Shown here: piece after piece, positions 1 through 12,734 of the stretch
How the letters are laid out: each line of letters starts with the position of its first letter
Position numbering within the stretch: the stretch's first letter is position 1
Source: Ylistrum balloti
Taxonomy: Eukaryota
Direction: 5' to 3'
NCBI RefSeq assembly: GCF_031769215.1
Contig: NW_026782110.1
Span: forward strand, 372,001 to 436,000
Length of the DNA stretch: 64,000 nucleotides
Position numbers and translations under genes: made by a program
The notes under the pieces: model-generated
The model's input: the letters and a program-made list of their open reading frames with translations, nothing else
What the model was told of the DNA's origin: nothing
The model's database searches: none

Positions 1-148
1 TTGTCAGGAGTTCTCCTCCCCAGATCAGGTCAGTAAAACATATAGACTCTTGTCAGGAGTTCTCCTACACAGATCAGGTCAGTAAAACATATAGACTCTT
101 GTCAGGAGTTCTCCTACACAGATCAGGTCAGTAAAACATATAGACTCT
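1..148. repeat. Intronic minisatellite, 49-bp unit, 3 copies visible (continues left of window)
   Basis: Unit TTGTCAGGAGTTCTCCTACACAGATCAGGTCAGTAAAACATATAGACTC starts at 1, 50 and 99. Confidence 0.95.
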
Positions 149-270
149 CGTCAGTCATATTAGAATCACATTTGCTCTACACAGAAACATTGCATATACA
201 AAAATTTTATATGAAGAAGTTATTTTTACTTAATGTGTGTATAAAATCATATCTGGTAATCCTGTTTCAG

Positions 271-394
271 TACCCAGTCCATGGTCCATTCAGGACACGA
301 TTGTGTTCATATCTCAAAGAACGACATTGTGAAGCTTTCACAGATATGGTCAGCAATGTGATGTATGTCCACCACCTACATGACAATGGTCTAG
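271..394 (+). CDS. Gene A internal coding exon (unidentified protein; gene starts left of window)
   Basis: Acceptor CTGTTTCAG| at 270, donor CTAG|GTAAGA at 395; 124 nt open (YPVHGPFRTRLCSYLKERHCEAFTDMVSNVMYVHHLHDNGL+G); the phase-1 end joins the next exon in frame. Confidence 0.8.
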
Positions 395-1290
395 GTAAGA
401 CAATGGTCAGTCTATGTAAGACAATGGTCAGTCTAGGGAAGACAATGGTCAGTCTAGTTGAGACTGGTCAGTCTAGGCGAGACAATGGTCAGTGAAGGTG
501 AGACAATGGTCTAGGTGAGACAATGGTCAGTCAAGGGGAGACAATGGTCAGTCTAGGGGAGACAATGGTCAGTCTATTTGGGACAATGGTCAGTCTAGGG
601 GAGACAATGGTCAGTCTAGGTGAGACAATGGTCAGTCTAGGTGAGACAATAGTCAGTCTAGGTGAGACAATGGTCGTGAGACAATGGTCGGTCTAGGTGA
701 GAAAATGGTTAGCCTAGATGTGTCAACTGTTGGTCTAGGGGAGAGACAATGGTCAGTCAACGGGAGACAATGGTCAGTCTAGGGGAGAAAATGGTTAGTC
801 TAGGTGAGACAATGGTTAGTCTAGGTGAGACAATGGTCAGTCTAGGTGAGGCAATGGTCAGTCTAGGGGAGAAAATGGTTAGTCTAGGTGAGACAATGGT
901 CAGTCTAGGTGAGACATTGGTCAGTCTAGGTGAGACAATGGTCAGTCTAGGTGAGGCAATGGTCAGTCTAGGGGAGAAAATGGTTAGTCTAGGTGAGACA
1001 ATGGTCAGTCTAGGTGAGACATTGGTCAGTCTAGGTGAGACAATGGTCAGTCTAGGTGAGGCAATGGTCAGTCTAGGGGAGAAAATGGTTAGTCTAGGTG
1101 AGACAATGGTCAGTCTAGGTGAGACAATGGTCAGTCAAGGTGAGACAATGGTCAGTCTAGGTAAGACAATGGTCAGTCTAGGTGAGGCAATGGTCAGTCT
1201 AGGTGAGACAATGGTTGGTCTAGAGAAGAGACTATGGTCAGTCTAGGTGAGACAAGGTTGGTCTAGGGGAGACAATGGTCAGTCTTTGTG
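381..1290 (+). repeat. 21-bp minisatellite spanning and extending the exon A1 splice donor
   Basis: Unit GACAATGGTCAGTCTAGGTGA, about 43 copies; the first unit is the exon end plus the donor itself. Confidence 0.95.
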
Positions 1291-1898
1291 AGATTATTGG
1301 CACTCTAAATAAATAAATAAATCTTAACTTTGTATAGAAATATTTCAGGCTTGTTTTACAATAATTCAAAATTTTATTTCTTAACTATGACATAGTTTGA
1401 CGGGTTGGTAGCATGTTGAAATCTAAACTTTAGAAGCAAAACCAGAGAACCTGTATAAAACCCTGTGACCAGTCAGATGATCTAAAACTGTTTTTAGTAC
1501 TAATTACTACTGTATGCAGAAAAATTATCACTGTAGCATAATGTTGACCCAGTAGACAACAATAAAATCTGGGGTCATCTTTGATGATTTCGATGTGTAT
1601 TTTATAGCAATAATTCACTGAACTAATGGAGGCCAAAAATCCCTTGGTAAATATTTCACTGTATACAGTATTTCTTAGAAAGTACTGGATCATTAATAGG
1701 TGAAGGTCATTCTGTAATTTCTTGTAGGTTTCCATTTGTCTCCTGTAAAATTTTAGCGTGATTAATAAAGCAAAATGTTATGTACATACAAATGTCAGGA
1801 TTTCCAACTGAGGTTCATGTGATAGAATTGTCTTGATAAGACAGTGTCAGGTAATATGTGGAAATGATTTAAACTAAAAGTCACATATGTCTTTTCAG

Positions 1899-1958
1899 AT
1901 ACTGCAGACAACGAAAAAGAAGAAAAACTAAGAACATCTGTACCAGATTTAATTAGTG
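1899..1958 (+). CDS. Gene A coding exon (DTADNEKEEKLRTSVPDLIS)
   Basis: CTTTTCAG| acceptor, |GTAAGC donor, 60 nt, phase 1-1, open in the frame carried from the previous exon. Confidence 0.8.
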
Positions 1959-2389
1959 GTAAGCATCAATCAGTTTGGTTTGTACTTCAATTTGATTTGG
2001 TATTAAAGCTCATATATGGTTAGATCAGATTTTAACAAAACCTTCAGTTGGGTAAGAGTAGGGCTGCCACAGGTACAGAATTTCAGACGCGGATAGTCAG
2101 ATCTAATACTTGACTCAACATGAATGAAACATAGTTTTATATTGAATGAGTCTTTTGTACTTACACATGTACAACAGGAAGTAATCCCTTTTTTGCATCC
2201 TTTTGTGTTATCAGAATGACACAAGTAAAGCTTTCAAGTACATATAATTGACTATTCCCCTCAGTTATAGAGTTATTGCCCTTTGTTAAAAAATTTTATC
2301 CAGAGCATAAATTGTTCACAATTATACTTGGTTACTGAAACCTGGTGAATACATTAAGAAGATGTTTCACTGATACTCTTGTTTTACAG

Positions 2390-2481
2390 GTTTGATATCC
2401 AAACATAAAGGTAGTTTGGTAACAGATGGAGAGAATCGTATCAACACAAGTATATTGGAAAATTTAGTCCTTATAGCTGAG
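2390..2481 (+). CDS. Gene A coding exon (GLISKHKGSLVTDGENRINTSILENLVLIAE)
   Basis: GTTTTACAG| acceptor, GAG|GTATGC donor, 92 nt, phase 1-0, in frame. Confidence 0.8.
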
Positions 2482-2839
2482 GTATGCCTTTAGTCTGACA
2501 TGAATAATGCAGTAGTTTGATCTACCCGAGCAACTTCTCTTTGAGTGTAAAATATCACTCATATGTATTCTTTAAAAAGTAAATAAAAGTGCTACACCCA
2601 TACAACAAATTGATGTGATATTTTTGTCCCTAATGCAGGATTAGTTTGTTTTAAATCAATTTATGAACTACATGTGTATTGTTTGTTATGTTTCTGTACA
2701 TTATATGCTAGATCTTATCATTATCCCCATCTATTTTACAGACATTATCTCATGTTACTGTACTGGTAGGAGTTTGTCATCGCATCTTAAAACCTTTAAA
2801 GAGTCAGTGGAACAAAAAGTGTAAAAAGAGCAAAGGAGT

Positions 2840-3665
2840 CCCGCTAGAGGCAGTAAGTATTAATGATATACTGAGGTAGAACAAGCCCCGTTAGAGGCGG
2901 TAAGTATTAATGATATACTGAGGTAGAATAAGCCCCACTAGAGGCAGTAAGTATTAATGATATACAGAGGTAGAACAAGACCCGCTAGAGGTGGTAAGAA
3001 TTAATGATATACAGAGGTAGAACAAGCCCCGCTAGAGGCAGTAAGTATTAATGATATACAGAGGTAGAACAAGCCCCGCTAGAGGTGGTAAGTATTTATG
3101 ATATACTGAGGTAGAGGCTGTGACTGGTATACTGAGGCAGAACAAGTCCCACTAGAGGCTGTGACTGGTATACTGAGGTAGAACAAGTCCCACTAGAGGC
3201 TGTGACTGGTATACTGAGGTAGAACAAGTCCCTCTAGAGGCTGTGACTGGTATACTGAGGTAGAACAAGTGTGACTGGTATACTGAGGTAGAACAAGTCC
3301 CTCTAGAGGCTGGTACTGGTATACTGATGTAGAACAAGTCCCACTAGAGGCTGTGACTGCTATACTGAGGTAGAACAAGTCCCACTAGAGGCTGTGACTG
3401 CTATACTGAGGTAGAACAAGTCCCACTAGAGGCTGTGACTGGTATACTGAGGTAGAACAAGTCCCTCTAGAGGCTGTGACTGGTATACTGAGGTAGAACA
3501 AGTCCCTCTAGAGGCTGGTACTGGTATACTGATGTAGAACAAGTCCCACTAGAGGCTGTGACTGCTATACTGAGGTAGAACAAGTCCCACTAGAGGCTGT
3601 GACTGGTTTACTGAGGTAGAACAAGTCCCTCTGGAGACTGTGACTGGTATACTGAGGTAGAACAT
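2840..3665. repeat. Composite intronic minisatellite: 47-bp units followed by 41-bp units
   Basis: Shared core ATACTGAGGTAGAACAAGYCCCRCTAGAGG; linker CAGTAAGTATTAATGAT (47-mer) switches to CTGTGACTGGT (41-mer) near 3115. Confidence 0.9.
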
Positions 3666-4064
3666 GCCCCAGCTCTATGAAATATTAAAACTTAAAAAAG
3701 AAAAAAAAAAAAAACAATACACGTTGAAAATGATGTAGTATATCTTTGAGAAGTGCAATTTTAATTAATTAATTGTTGAAGTTTGAAAGGCACTGAAAAG
3801 AGAAATTGTTATTATTTTCAAAGGCATAATAGTTCTCCTCATTGTTTTTCATTACTGAATAAAATACAACTGTTCATGTAAGGACTCTATTGATACCAAG
3901 TTAAATACTAGTTACTGTAATTGAATTGAATTTTTGAGTCACAGTAGGATATATGTGTGGTATTATTTTTTCATGGTTGAAATTGTGTTCTACATTATCA
4001 ACTGACAGTTTGAAAAGAGGCCTGTCACTTTACATAAATGAATATGTTGACTTGTGATTCACAG

Positions 4065-4214
4065 CCTTGTACATTTGGGAGCTACGTTCAACTTGTGGAT
4101 GGTCTAGATAAGGCAGCGAAAGATCTACACCAAGCAATTCGGGATATGGATCCAGTTTTCTTAACTCTCGACTTCAGCAAGCTCAACCTAACACAAAACC
4201 TTTGTGAAAATGAG
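4065..4214 (+). CDS. Gene A coding exon (PCTFGSYVQLVDGLDKAAKDLHQAIRDMDPVFLTLDFSKLNLTQNLCENE)
   Basis: TTCACAG| acceptor, GAG|GTTAGT donor, 150 nt, phase 0-0, fully open. Confidence 0.85.
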
Positions 4215-4574
4215 GTTAGTATTGCATAATTAGTCTCTGGATGTAGATATAATATTTTGACAGCATCTCGAAACATGTTTAGTTTTTCAAATCAAACTTC
4301 ATTAGAACAGTTAGGTCTGTAGTCATATTGGTTGTCAATACTGAAAATAACTTCCTCCTTAGAACCTAATTAGGATAGTGTCCAGAGAATAGGGTTAGCA
4401 TTAGTGCTGGGACAGCTTTTAAAGTCATTTGTTGTGAAAATAACTTCACTGACTTCTGATAGGCCTGAAATGAGTCTTAATGTTTGAATTATAGCTTTGC
4501 TTTTTTGGCTGTATAACATACGGAGAGTTAATGATATACTGGTCATTGAATCTGCACTACAGAAAATCAGTCAA

Positions 4575-4690
4575 AATGGACCACTGAAAGTTTATGAAAT
4601 ATTGATCTGTTAATCTGGACTACTGAAAATGTATGAAATATTTTGATCTGTAAATCTGGACAACAGAAAGTTTATGAAATATTGATCAGA
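4575..4690. repeat. Short degenerate tandem repeat, about 36-bp unit x3
   Basis: GGAC(C/T/A)AC(T/A)GAAAGTTTATGAAATATTGATCTG(T)AATCT recurs three times. Confidence 0.7.
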
Positions 4691-4833
4691 CCTTGTATAT
4701 CAAAAGTGTCGTTAAAATTAGGCTATTAGGTATTATTATATAAAACGTCTGGGACTTAAAATCTGTTAACAAGGTGCTCCCAAGCAACAAAGGATAGAAA
4801 AATTCTATGTATCTTTTATGTTCCATCTTACAG

Positions 4834-4956
4834 GAAGATAGTGCTATTGAAAAAGACATGTGGTGTAAGGTGGAAAAGAGCTACCAGGTATCGGCACGAG
4901 AAGTGACAGAATTCCTCCACAATAAAATGCAGTACCTGGGTACCCTACGACTGTGA
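4834..4956 (+). CDS. Gene A terminal coding exon (EDSAIEKDMWCKVEKSYQVSAREVTEFLHNKMQYLGTLRL*)
   Basis: CATCTTACAG| acceptor, phase 0, 40 codons then TGA at 4954-4956. Confidence 0.8.
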   Translation, partial: EDSAIEKDMWCKVEKSYQVSAREVTEFLHNKMQYLGTLRL

Positions 4957-6047
4957 TATGCATAATATAACCGTGATATGTGTAGTTGTATAAAAAAACT
5001 GGGGACAATCGGACAACAGCCAGTATACTGCCAACTGAGTATTAGATCCATTTAGGATTTACTGTAGGGCTATCTCACTCTTGTAGTGCAGATTTCCTAC
5101 AAAGGAACTACGATTTCCTGGGATTTGTAGCTTTTTTCTGTGATTTCAAGGTACAGTGATGGGGAAGCTACACAAAAAATTTCATCTGATCTCTCTGCTT
5201 TTACTATCCTTGATGATAGTGATATTGTGTCCTGTTATCTAATGTAACAGAGCCAGGTCTTCACTGTGTTTGTGTGTGTGTTTACTGACATTGTAAACCA
5301 AACCAATTAAGTGTGTTATTTTAGCAAAAATGGGAATGGAATAAATGCATTTTTATCAGGGATATTTTCAAAACTTATCAATTTGACTTGATCATATTTA
5401 TGTTGTGGCTTCAAAGAACAAAAAGAAAGGAAACCTGTTACATTTATGCTGTAAGTCCTATATTAATGCTACCAGTACCTGAAGTTAATGCAGTCATAGG
5501 GCTATGAATGCCATAGGATAAGTATCATGTTTCCTGAATCTATTTGATCATCAGTCTTTTATATACTGACACTTTTTCCATCTCCTGTACTTTTAAAATA
5601 AAGGAAACATTCAGAAGATATTCAGCTGTTCCATGAATAGCATAAAAGCACTTACGATACTATGCAGGGTAATTATTCTTCACCATGAATACTAAGGACT
5701 ATTTGCATTCAGATTGCTAGTAATTATATCAATTCAAGATGTATACATGCTGAACATAGACTGGTGATATCTTGATACCCACTAGCCTCATGCATTATGG
5801 AGGTAAAAGACTTGCTTTTATACTGACAGAAGTGTTTATTTGTTATACACAACTTTGCTGGAAACATTGTATAATAATAAATATATATATCAAAGTTAGA
5901 AACCTGAGAGAAATCTGCAGATATTTATATCAACATTGTGAAGATATTGAAACCGTCTTTTTTCCAACAGTATTTTATAAGAAAGAGTGTAAATGTATTT
6001 ATGACTTTGTTGTAACAGTTCATTGTGCTATAGAACTTTCTGTGTAT

Positions 6048-6577
6048 CAACAATACTGTGTATTTACTGGTACAGTAGAACATAGTATTCACCAACAATA
6101 CTGTGTATTTACTAGTACAGTAGACAATACTGTGTATTTACTGGTACAGTCATAGTATTACCAACAATACTGTGTATTTACTGGTACAGTAGAACATAGT
6201 TCTTACCAACAATACTGTGTATTTACTGGTACAGTAGAACATAGTATTCACCAACAATACTGTGTATTTACTGGTACAGTAGAACATAGTTCTCACCAAC
6301 AATACTATGTATTTACTGATACAGTAGAACATAGTTCTTACCAACAATACTGTGTATTTACTGGTACAGTAGAACATAGTATTCACCAACAATACTGTGT
6401 ATTTACTGGTACAGTAGAACATAGTTCTTACCAACAATACTGTGTATTTACTGGTACAGTAGAACATAGTTCTTACCAACAATACTGTGTATTTACTGGT
6501 ACAGTAGAACATAGCATTCACCAACAATACTGTGTATTTACCAACAATACTGTGTATTTACTAATACAGTAGAACAT
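6048..6577. repeat. 45-bp minisatellite, about 11 copies
   Basis: Unit CCAACAATACTGTGTATTTACTGGTACAGTAGAACATAGTTCTTA; gives the 15-aa periodic ORF 6150-6527. Confidence 0.95.
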
Positions 6578-7819
6578 TGTATAGATAATAACAGGGCTGT
6601 GTATTCATTTGTTTACTGCAGATCATGGTATTTTACAAAAGTGTTATTTATTTTCTCATTGTACTGTAGAACTTTGTATTTACTGACATGTTCACACTAA
6701 CAACATGCCCACAAAATTCTTCAATGAATTGTCTGAAATTATATATTGATGTAAGAAAGTATTAATAAAAAACTGCAGCTCTTTCTCAGCTGAATGAAGC
6801 TACTATGATTTCAGCATATAAGTCTATCAGAGTTTCAATTTGTTGAGATTTTTGACAACCATCTAATGGCAAGCTAAAATTAAGAAGAGATTTTCATAAA
6901 TCACATATGAAATGGAACCTTATGAAAGATACTTTTATAACATGATTAATTATCTTGGCAAATATTGATAAAAAAATGTTGTTTACCTTGTTAAGCTTAT
7001 TTGTCTTATGTTGACATCGATGATCATCATTGTGAGTACTTGTAATCTATGACCATTTTGACATTATCTTATTATTATCCTGATGTCTTGATAGGTCATA
7101 TATCAAGGAAATCGTGTGATGAAAGATGTTAGACATTGATGCTGAATTGTTGAACATCACAGCATATGCCAATTGTGGTGGAGTTCCATCTTTTATCACT
7201 CTGTTACATTGTAATATGCATATCATAATTGCGGTAGACCAAGAATAGGTCTTATTCAACTGTGTGTTTTGTCTTTACTCTGTGATAATGATGGGAGTTT
7301 TAGTATGTTTGATATCAAGACACATACATAAAGGTACATTGTATATAAAAGTGTTGCCGTATTCAGTAAATACATCCTTGTATGTTAAGTCAACAAGGAC
7401 ATAAGTGTAAGTTATTTTATGTTGCTTTTTATATACATATATACTTGTGCTTTGTATATAACTAGTGTGTGATTTGTACCTGATTCGATGGAATGGGTAA
7501 CGAATTGAAAATTTTCTACTAGATTGTTACCAGAAGTAGGTAACTTGGTCATTACTGGTCTTATGCATTGATTTCTTAGCAGTTAAAAATCTGCTATTAT
7601 TTGAACTGGATCTATATATTATATATATAAACCACAGTAATAGTCCCAGGGACAGTCACAGTGATACATTACACTTCAGTAGAAACTCCCATAGAGCAAC
7701 AGTCACAAATTGATCATGTCCAAATTCAAACTTGTTTCAATAGGGTCAGTTCTGAGATCATATTCTTGGTTTTTTAAATAATTTAATAACAACAATTGCA
7801 AAACAAGTTACTTCAACTT

Positions 7820-7997
7820 ATCACTCCTGTTGGCCCAGATTTAAGTGCATGAGGGGTCTTGTGGGAGGAAACGAGTACATGGCGGGGGAAACCCACAAGA
7901 TTGGGCAGGTGAACCCATACCCTTTCACATCCGTTCCAGTAATGGAACCCCAGGCGGCTAGTAGGTGAAAGGTGAAGGTTACCACTGCATCACCCAA
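7820..7997 (-). mobile_element. Degenerate tRNA-derived SINE with V-domain-like core
   Basis: Minus strand reads GGGTGATGCAGTGGTAAC (A-box-like), GGGGTTCCATTAC (B-box-like), then GTGGGTTTCCCCCGCCATGTACTCGTTTCCTCCCAC, resembling the V-SINE motif GGGTTTTCTCCGGGTACTCCGGTTTCCTCCCAC (recalled from memory, not searched). Confidence 0.6.
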
Positions 7998-9195
7998 CAG
8001 TCCATTGGTTTCTTTGGTAGGTAAGACCAAAGGAACGTTATGTGCAGGTTGTATATATAAATTTTAACCTATACCAAGGAATAAGGTGTATCCAGTGTGC
8101 ATGGTTCTTTTCCCATTTTTTGTCAGGTATCCTAGGCTTATTGGAAATTCTCACTAGATCTCAGTTCTATATCCTTTTTATACTCCCTGCAAAAATAAAG
8201 CTAATGGAACCATATAAAAACTCTGATTTTCATCTTTTTTGTGAAGGTTTGGTGAATGGAAAAAATACAGATCATTTAATAATTTTCAACCTGAATTGGA
8301 ATGGACCTGCAAATATCAATAGCTGCACTGAAAGTCTTTTTTTAAGACTCTTCAGAGAATAAACTAGTAGATCTATCCTTATTTCAAACACTTACAATCA
8401 TGGTCAAAGTGAGCATACCGATGAATGAAAACAGCCCTGGTGTGGTAACAGAATTCTTGACTGAATACAGTATGTCTTTATTGAAATAATTTCTTATGTA
8501 CTTATTTTTCTCTCAGGTTTTACATGTGTGTTCTATCCAGATTAAAACTCACTATATCTTTATAAAATTATTTATGTGACTTGTTAAACATTGCATTTAA
8601 ATATCATGGTCCTTTTTTTAGGGTGTGGTTTTAGTTTGTGGTTGGCCGTTTTGTCCCACTTCATGTGTACTGGATCTAAAAGTTTAGTATTAAGTTGCCA
8701 AATGCATTTTGTTATAATTTTAATTTACCAATGACCATAACTTCTTCCAATAAGTGAAACATTTTGGTAATGAAACATACATGTGTATTTCACAGCGGTG
8801 GCTTTCGCACTATAATTGTGTGTAGACACTTTTATCAGGTGAAATTATCCATTTTTATTGGAAATTAAGCAAACTTTTATTTTCTTCAAGGAAATTATTT
8901 TGATTTCAGAATAAAGATTGCCCCTTGTAAAGATATACTTATGGAAAAAATTCTTTGTAAATTTAGCAAGGTGTGTTCTACTTCTACTTGACACAGTATC
9001 TGTGTCAGGTTGTGGAATACATTGTACATAACTTTCTGATCATTGGATATTGGTCTGTTTACTTATACATAAACAGCTGAATGTTATTCCCTTCACTTTT
9101 GGTTTGTTTGTCCTTAAAAAGGTTGTACCTTAAAGGTTTCCATTTGAAATGAAATAAATCAGGATGAACAAACTAGACACCTACAATACACAGAG

Positions 9196-10890
9196 GTACT
9201 GTACAGTAACAATACATACCAATACTGTACAGTAACAATATATACCAATACTGTACAGTAACGATATATACCAATACTGTACAGTAACTATATATACCAA
9301 TACTGTACAGTAACAATACATACCAATACTGTACAGTAACGATACATACCAATACTGTACAGTAACGATACATACCAATACTGTACAGTAACAATATATA
9401 CCAATACTGTACAGTAACTACAAATACTGTACAGTAACAATATATACCAATACTGTACAGTAACAATACATGCCAATACTGTACAGTAACAATATATACC
9501 AATACTGTACAGTAACGATATATACCAATACTGTACAGTAACAATATATACCAATACTGTACAGTAACAATACATACACATACAAATACTGTACAGTAAC
9601 GATACATACCAATACTGTACAGTAACTATACCAATACTGTACAGTAACTATATATACCAATACTGTACAGTAACTACAAATACTGTACAGTAATGATACA
9701 TACCAATACTGTACAGTAACAATACATACACATACAAATACTGTACAGTAACAATATATACCAATACTGTACAGTAACGATATATACCAATACTGTACAG
9801 TAACAATATATACCAATACTGTACAGTAACGATATATACAAATACTGTACAGTAACTATATATACCAATACTGTACAGTGGCAATATATACCAATACTGT
9901 ACAGTAACTATATATACCAATACTGTACAGTAGCAATATATACCAATACTGTACAGTAACGATATATACCAATACTGTACAGTAACAATATATACCAATA
10001 CTGTACAGTAACAATACATACCAATACTGTACAGTAACGATACATACAAATACTGTACAGTAACTATATATACCAATACTGTACAGTAACTATACATACC
10101 AATACTGTACAGTAACGATATATACCAATACTGTACAGTAACGATATATACCAATACTGTACAGTAGCAATACATTCAAGTTCTGTACAGTAACAATATA
10201 TACCAATACTGTACAGTAACAATATATACCAATACTGTACAGTAACAATACATACACATACAAATACTGTACAGTAACTATATATACCAATACTGTACAG
10301 TAACGATACATACAAATACTGTACAGTAACAATATATACCAATACTGTACAGTAACAATATATACCAATACTGTACAGTAACAATACATACACATACAAA
10401 TACTGTACAGTAACTATACATACCAATACTGTACAGTAACAATATATACCAATACTGTACAGTAACAATATATACCAATACTGTACAGTAACAATACATA
10501 CAAATACTGTACAGTAATGATACATACCAATACTGTACAGTAACAATATATACCAATACTGTACAGTAACAATATATACCAATACTGTACAGTAACGATT
10601 CATACCAATACTGTACAGTAACAATATATACCAATACTGTACAGTAACAATATATACCAATACTGTACAGTAACGATTCATACCAATACTGTACAGTAAC
10701 AATACATACAAATACTGTACAGTAACGATACATTCCAATACTGTACAGTAACGATATATACCAATACTGTACAGTAACAATACATACTAATACTGTACAG
10801 TAACAATACATACAAATACTGTACAGTAACGATACATACAAGTTCTGTACTCTTACAATACATACTAATGATGTACTACTGCGATACATA
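9196..10890. repeat. About 26-bp minisatellite with a 12-bp palindromic core, about 65 copies
   Basis: Unit CCAATACTGTACAGTAACAATATATA; TACTGTACAGTA is its own reverse complement; units decay at the right edge. Confidence 0.95.
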
Positions 10891-12734
10891 CTGATTCAGT
10901 GCAGTAACAGCAAATACTAGAGCTGTAATGTTACAATATATACTGGTGTTGTACGGCTACAGTTGTAAATACTGGTGCTGATTATCATAAATTTTAAATA
11001 ATCATGGAATTTTATAGTCTAATTCAGTATTTGATTTTACTGGCGTGAAAAAATGATTTTGTAATTTTCTATTGAAAGAATCTATCATGGTTGACTATCA
11101 CCATCTGATAAAATAGAAATTATAAGTTCAATCCTCCAACAGTAATCTGTCATTGACAACATATCAATATCTTGTAGTAGGTATAGTTTGTTGTTGTGTA
11201 CTTGTGTCATTAAGGTTCAGTATAGAAGGAAATACTGAAATGTATTCATACAACAAAATATATAAATATATAACTTGCTAATTTGAGGAATAAAATGTGT
11301 AAAATCAATTTTTCTTAAACTGTGATATTCTGTTTTCTATGTAATGATATAATTTAGTGTCAACTTTTGCAGTAAGTGGCTGACTTGTGTCTGAACCTGT
11401 TAGTACTGGAACTTTAGGTTTACAATGGCAGTTTTCCTTTTGTTTCTTCAAGTTTGTCTCACTTACAACATAACCTGATTATCGTGATACAGGTATTTCA
11501 ATAAAATTGATTTTCCTTAATCACATTTTATGTAGGTGTGATGGTGGATGGGTAGGGATTTCTTAAATCAGATTTGTCATTCACCACTGTGTAACTGAGA
11601 GAAACAAGATATCTTATTTTAATCAGATTTGGGTTACTTCAAGAAAAAAAGTTCAGGGTCTATCAATTATAAGTAAATCTTATATAAAAGAACATGTATT
11701 TATATCTGTTTATGAATTGTTGTAGAGATTGGTATCATCAGTCTAACAGTATACATATACACTACTACCATAGTGAATAAAACACTTATATTGACACTTT
11801 CACCGTTTGATGACCCAAATGACCTTTTATGAGTTGACGAGCTGTTAAGAATGTAATAATAATAATATTGACACTACCTGATGTAATTCAGATCTCATCG
11901 TAGTATCTTGGAGATATTGTTATAACATTCTGACTTAGCTTGATTTTCCTCTGGCTCCTTAACCAGTTGTCTCTTCAAACTGTCGTAATATTTGGTGTCC
12001 GAGAAAGAGGAAATTCAGACTAGTTATGATTGAAATGTATTCAAGACATCAAAATGGAAAAAAACACCGAGGATATTTATTCATTTCTACCGTAAACAAT
12101 GTGTTGAAATCCAGACAGCCTCAATATGAATGAGTGAGTTAAAAAAGTATAATAAATTATGTGTTTGGTTTCAATGCAGATTTAATGTTATTTTAAACCT
12201 GTAAAAAGTACAAGTTGTTATTATCTGTCTAGATCTAATGCAGATAACATTAGTTTGTAACAATTTTTATAATGGTTCAGTATGTATGGGGAATGTTGGT
12301 GTGTAATTGTTCCTTTTTGTAAGTATTGTTTTGTATAGATTGGATTGTATTATGGACAAAAACCATTAAACACTAGTCTGTGTTCTTTTTGGAATGGAAC
12401 TTCTAGTGTGCATGAAGAATAAACTTGCTTTGAAGACAATTTTTGAAGTTTTATTTTCATTACATTTAACATATATTAAGTTTGGTGATATCGAGGCTGT
12501 GTTACTGCCTACGGTGACAAGACAGTCGACAAACACTTACATTTTCAGAACAAGTCATGTCATACTAAACCAGGACATGGTGCTGACCTGATAGTTCAGT
12601 TTCAATACTAGACAAAAGCACAATGCCTAAGGAGACCAGACCAATTTCTGCAAAAAATACCATTGTGAAATTAATGAAGTGTTTCCAACTATCTCAAAAG
12701 ATTGTGTAGGAATAAAAAAAATTAAAAATGAGAA

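Noticed and set aside
749-1246. 165-aa (ETMVSLG)n ORF
   Set aside because: Translation of the 21-bp intronic array; separated from exon A1 by an in-frame stop and by indels.
271-2481. Faint CARD/death-fold resemblance of the gene A peptide
   Set aside because: Only a vague helical spacing pattern; cannot be supported without an HMM search.
9173-10889. Many overlapping minus-strand Tyr/Cys/Val-rich ORFs
   Set aside because: The 26-bp unit is not a multiple of 3 and the frames interconvert; artefact.
11890-12010. Minus-strand protein-like stretch SDTKYYDSLKRQLVKEPEENQAKSECYNNISKILR
   Set aside because: No start codon or usable acceptor in that frame, and no recognisable family.
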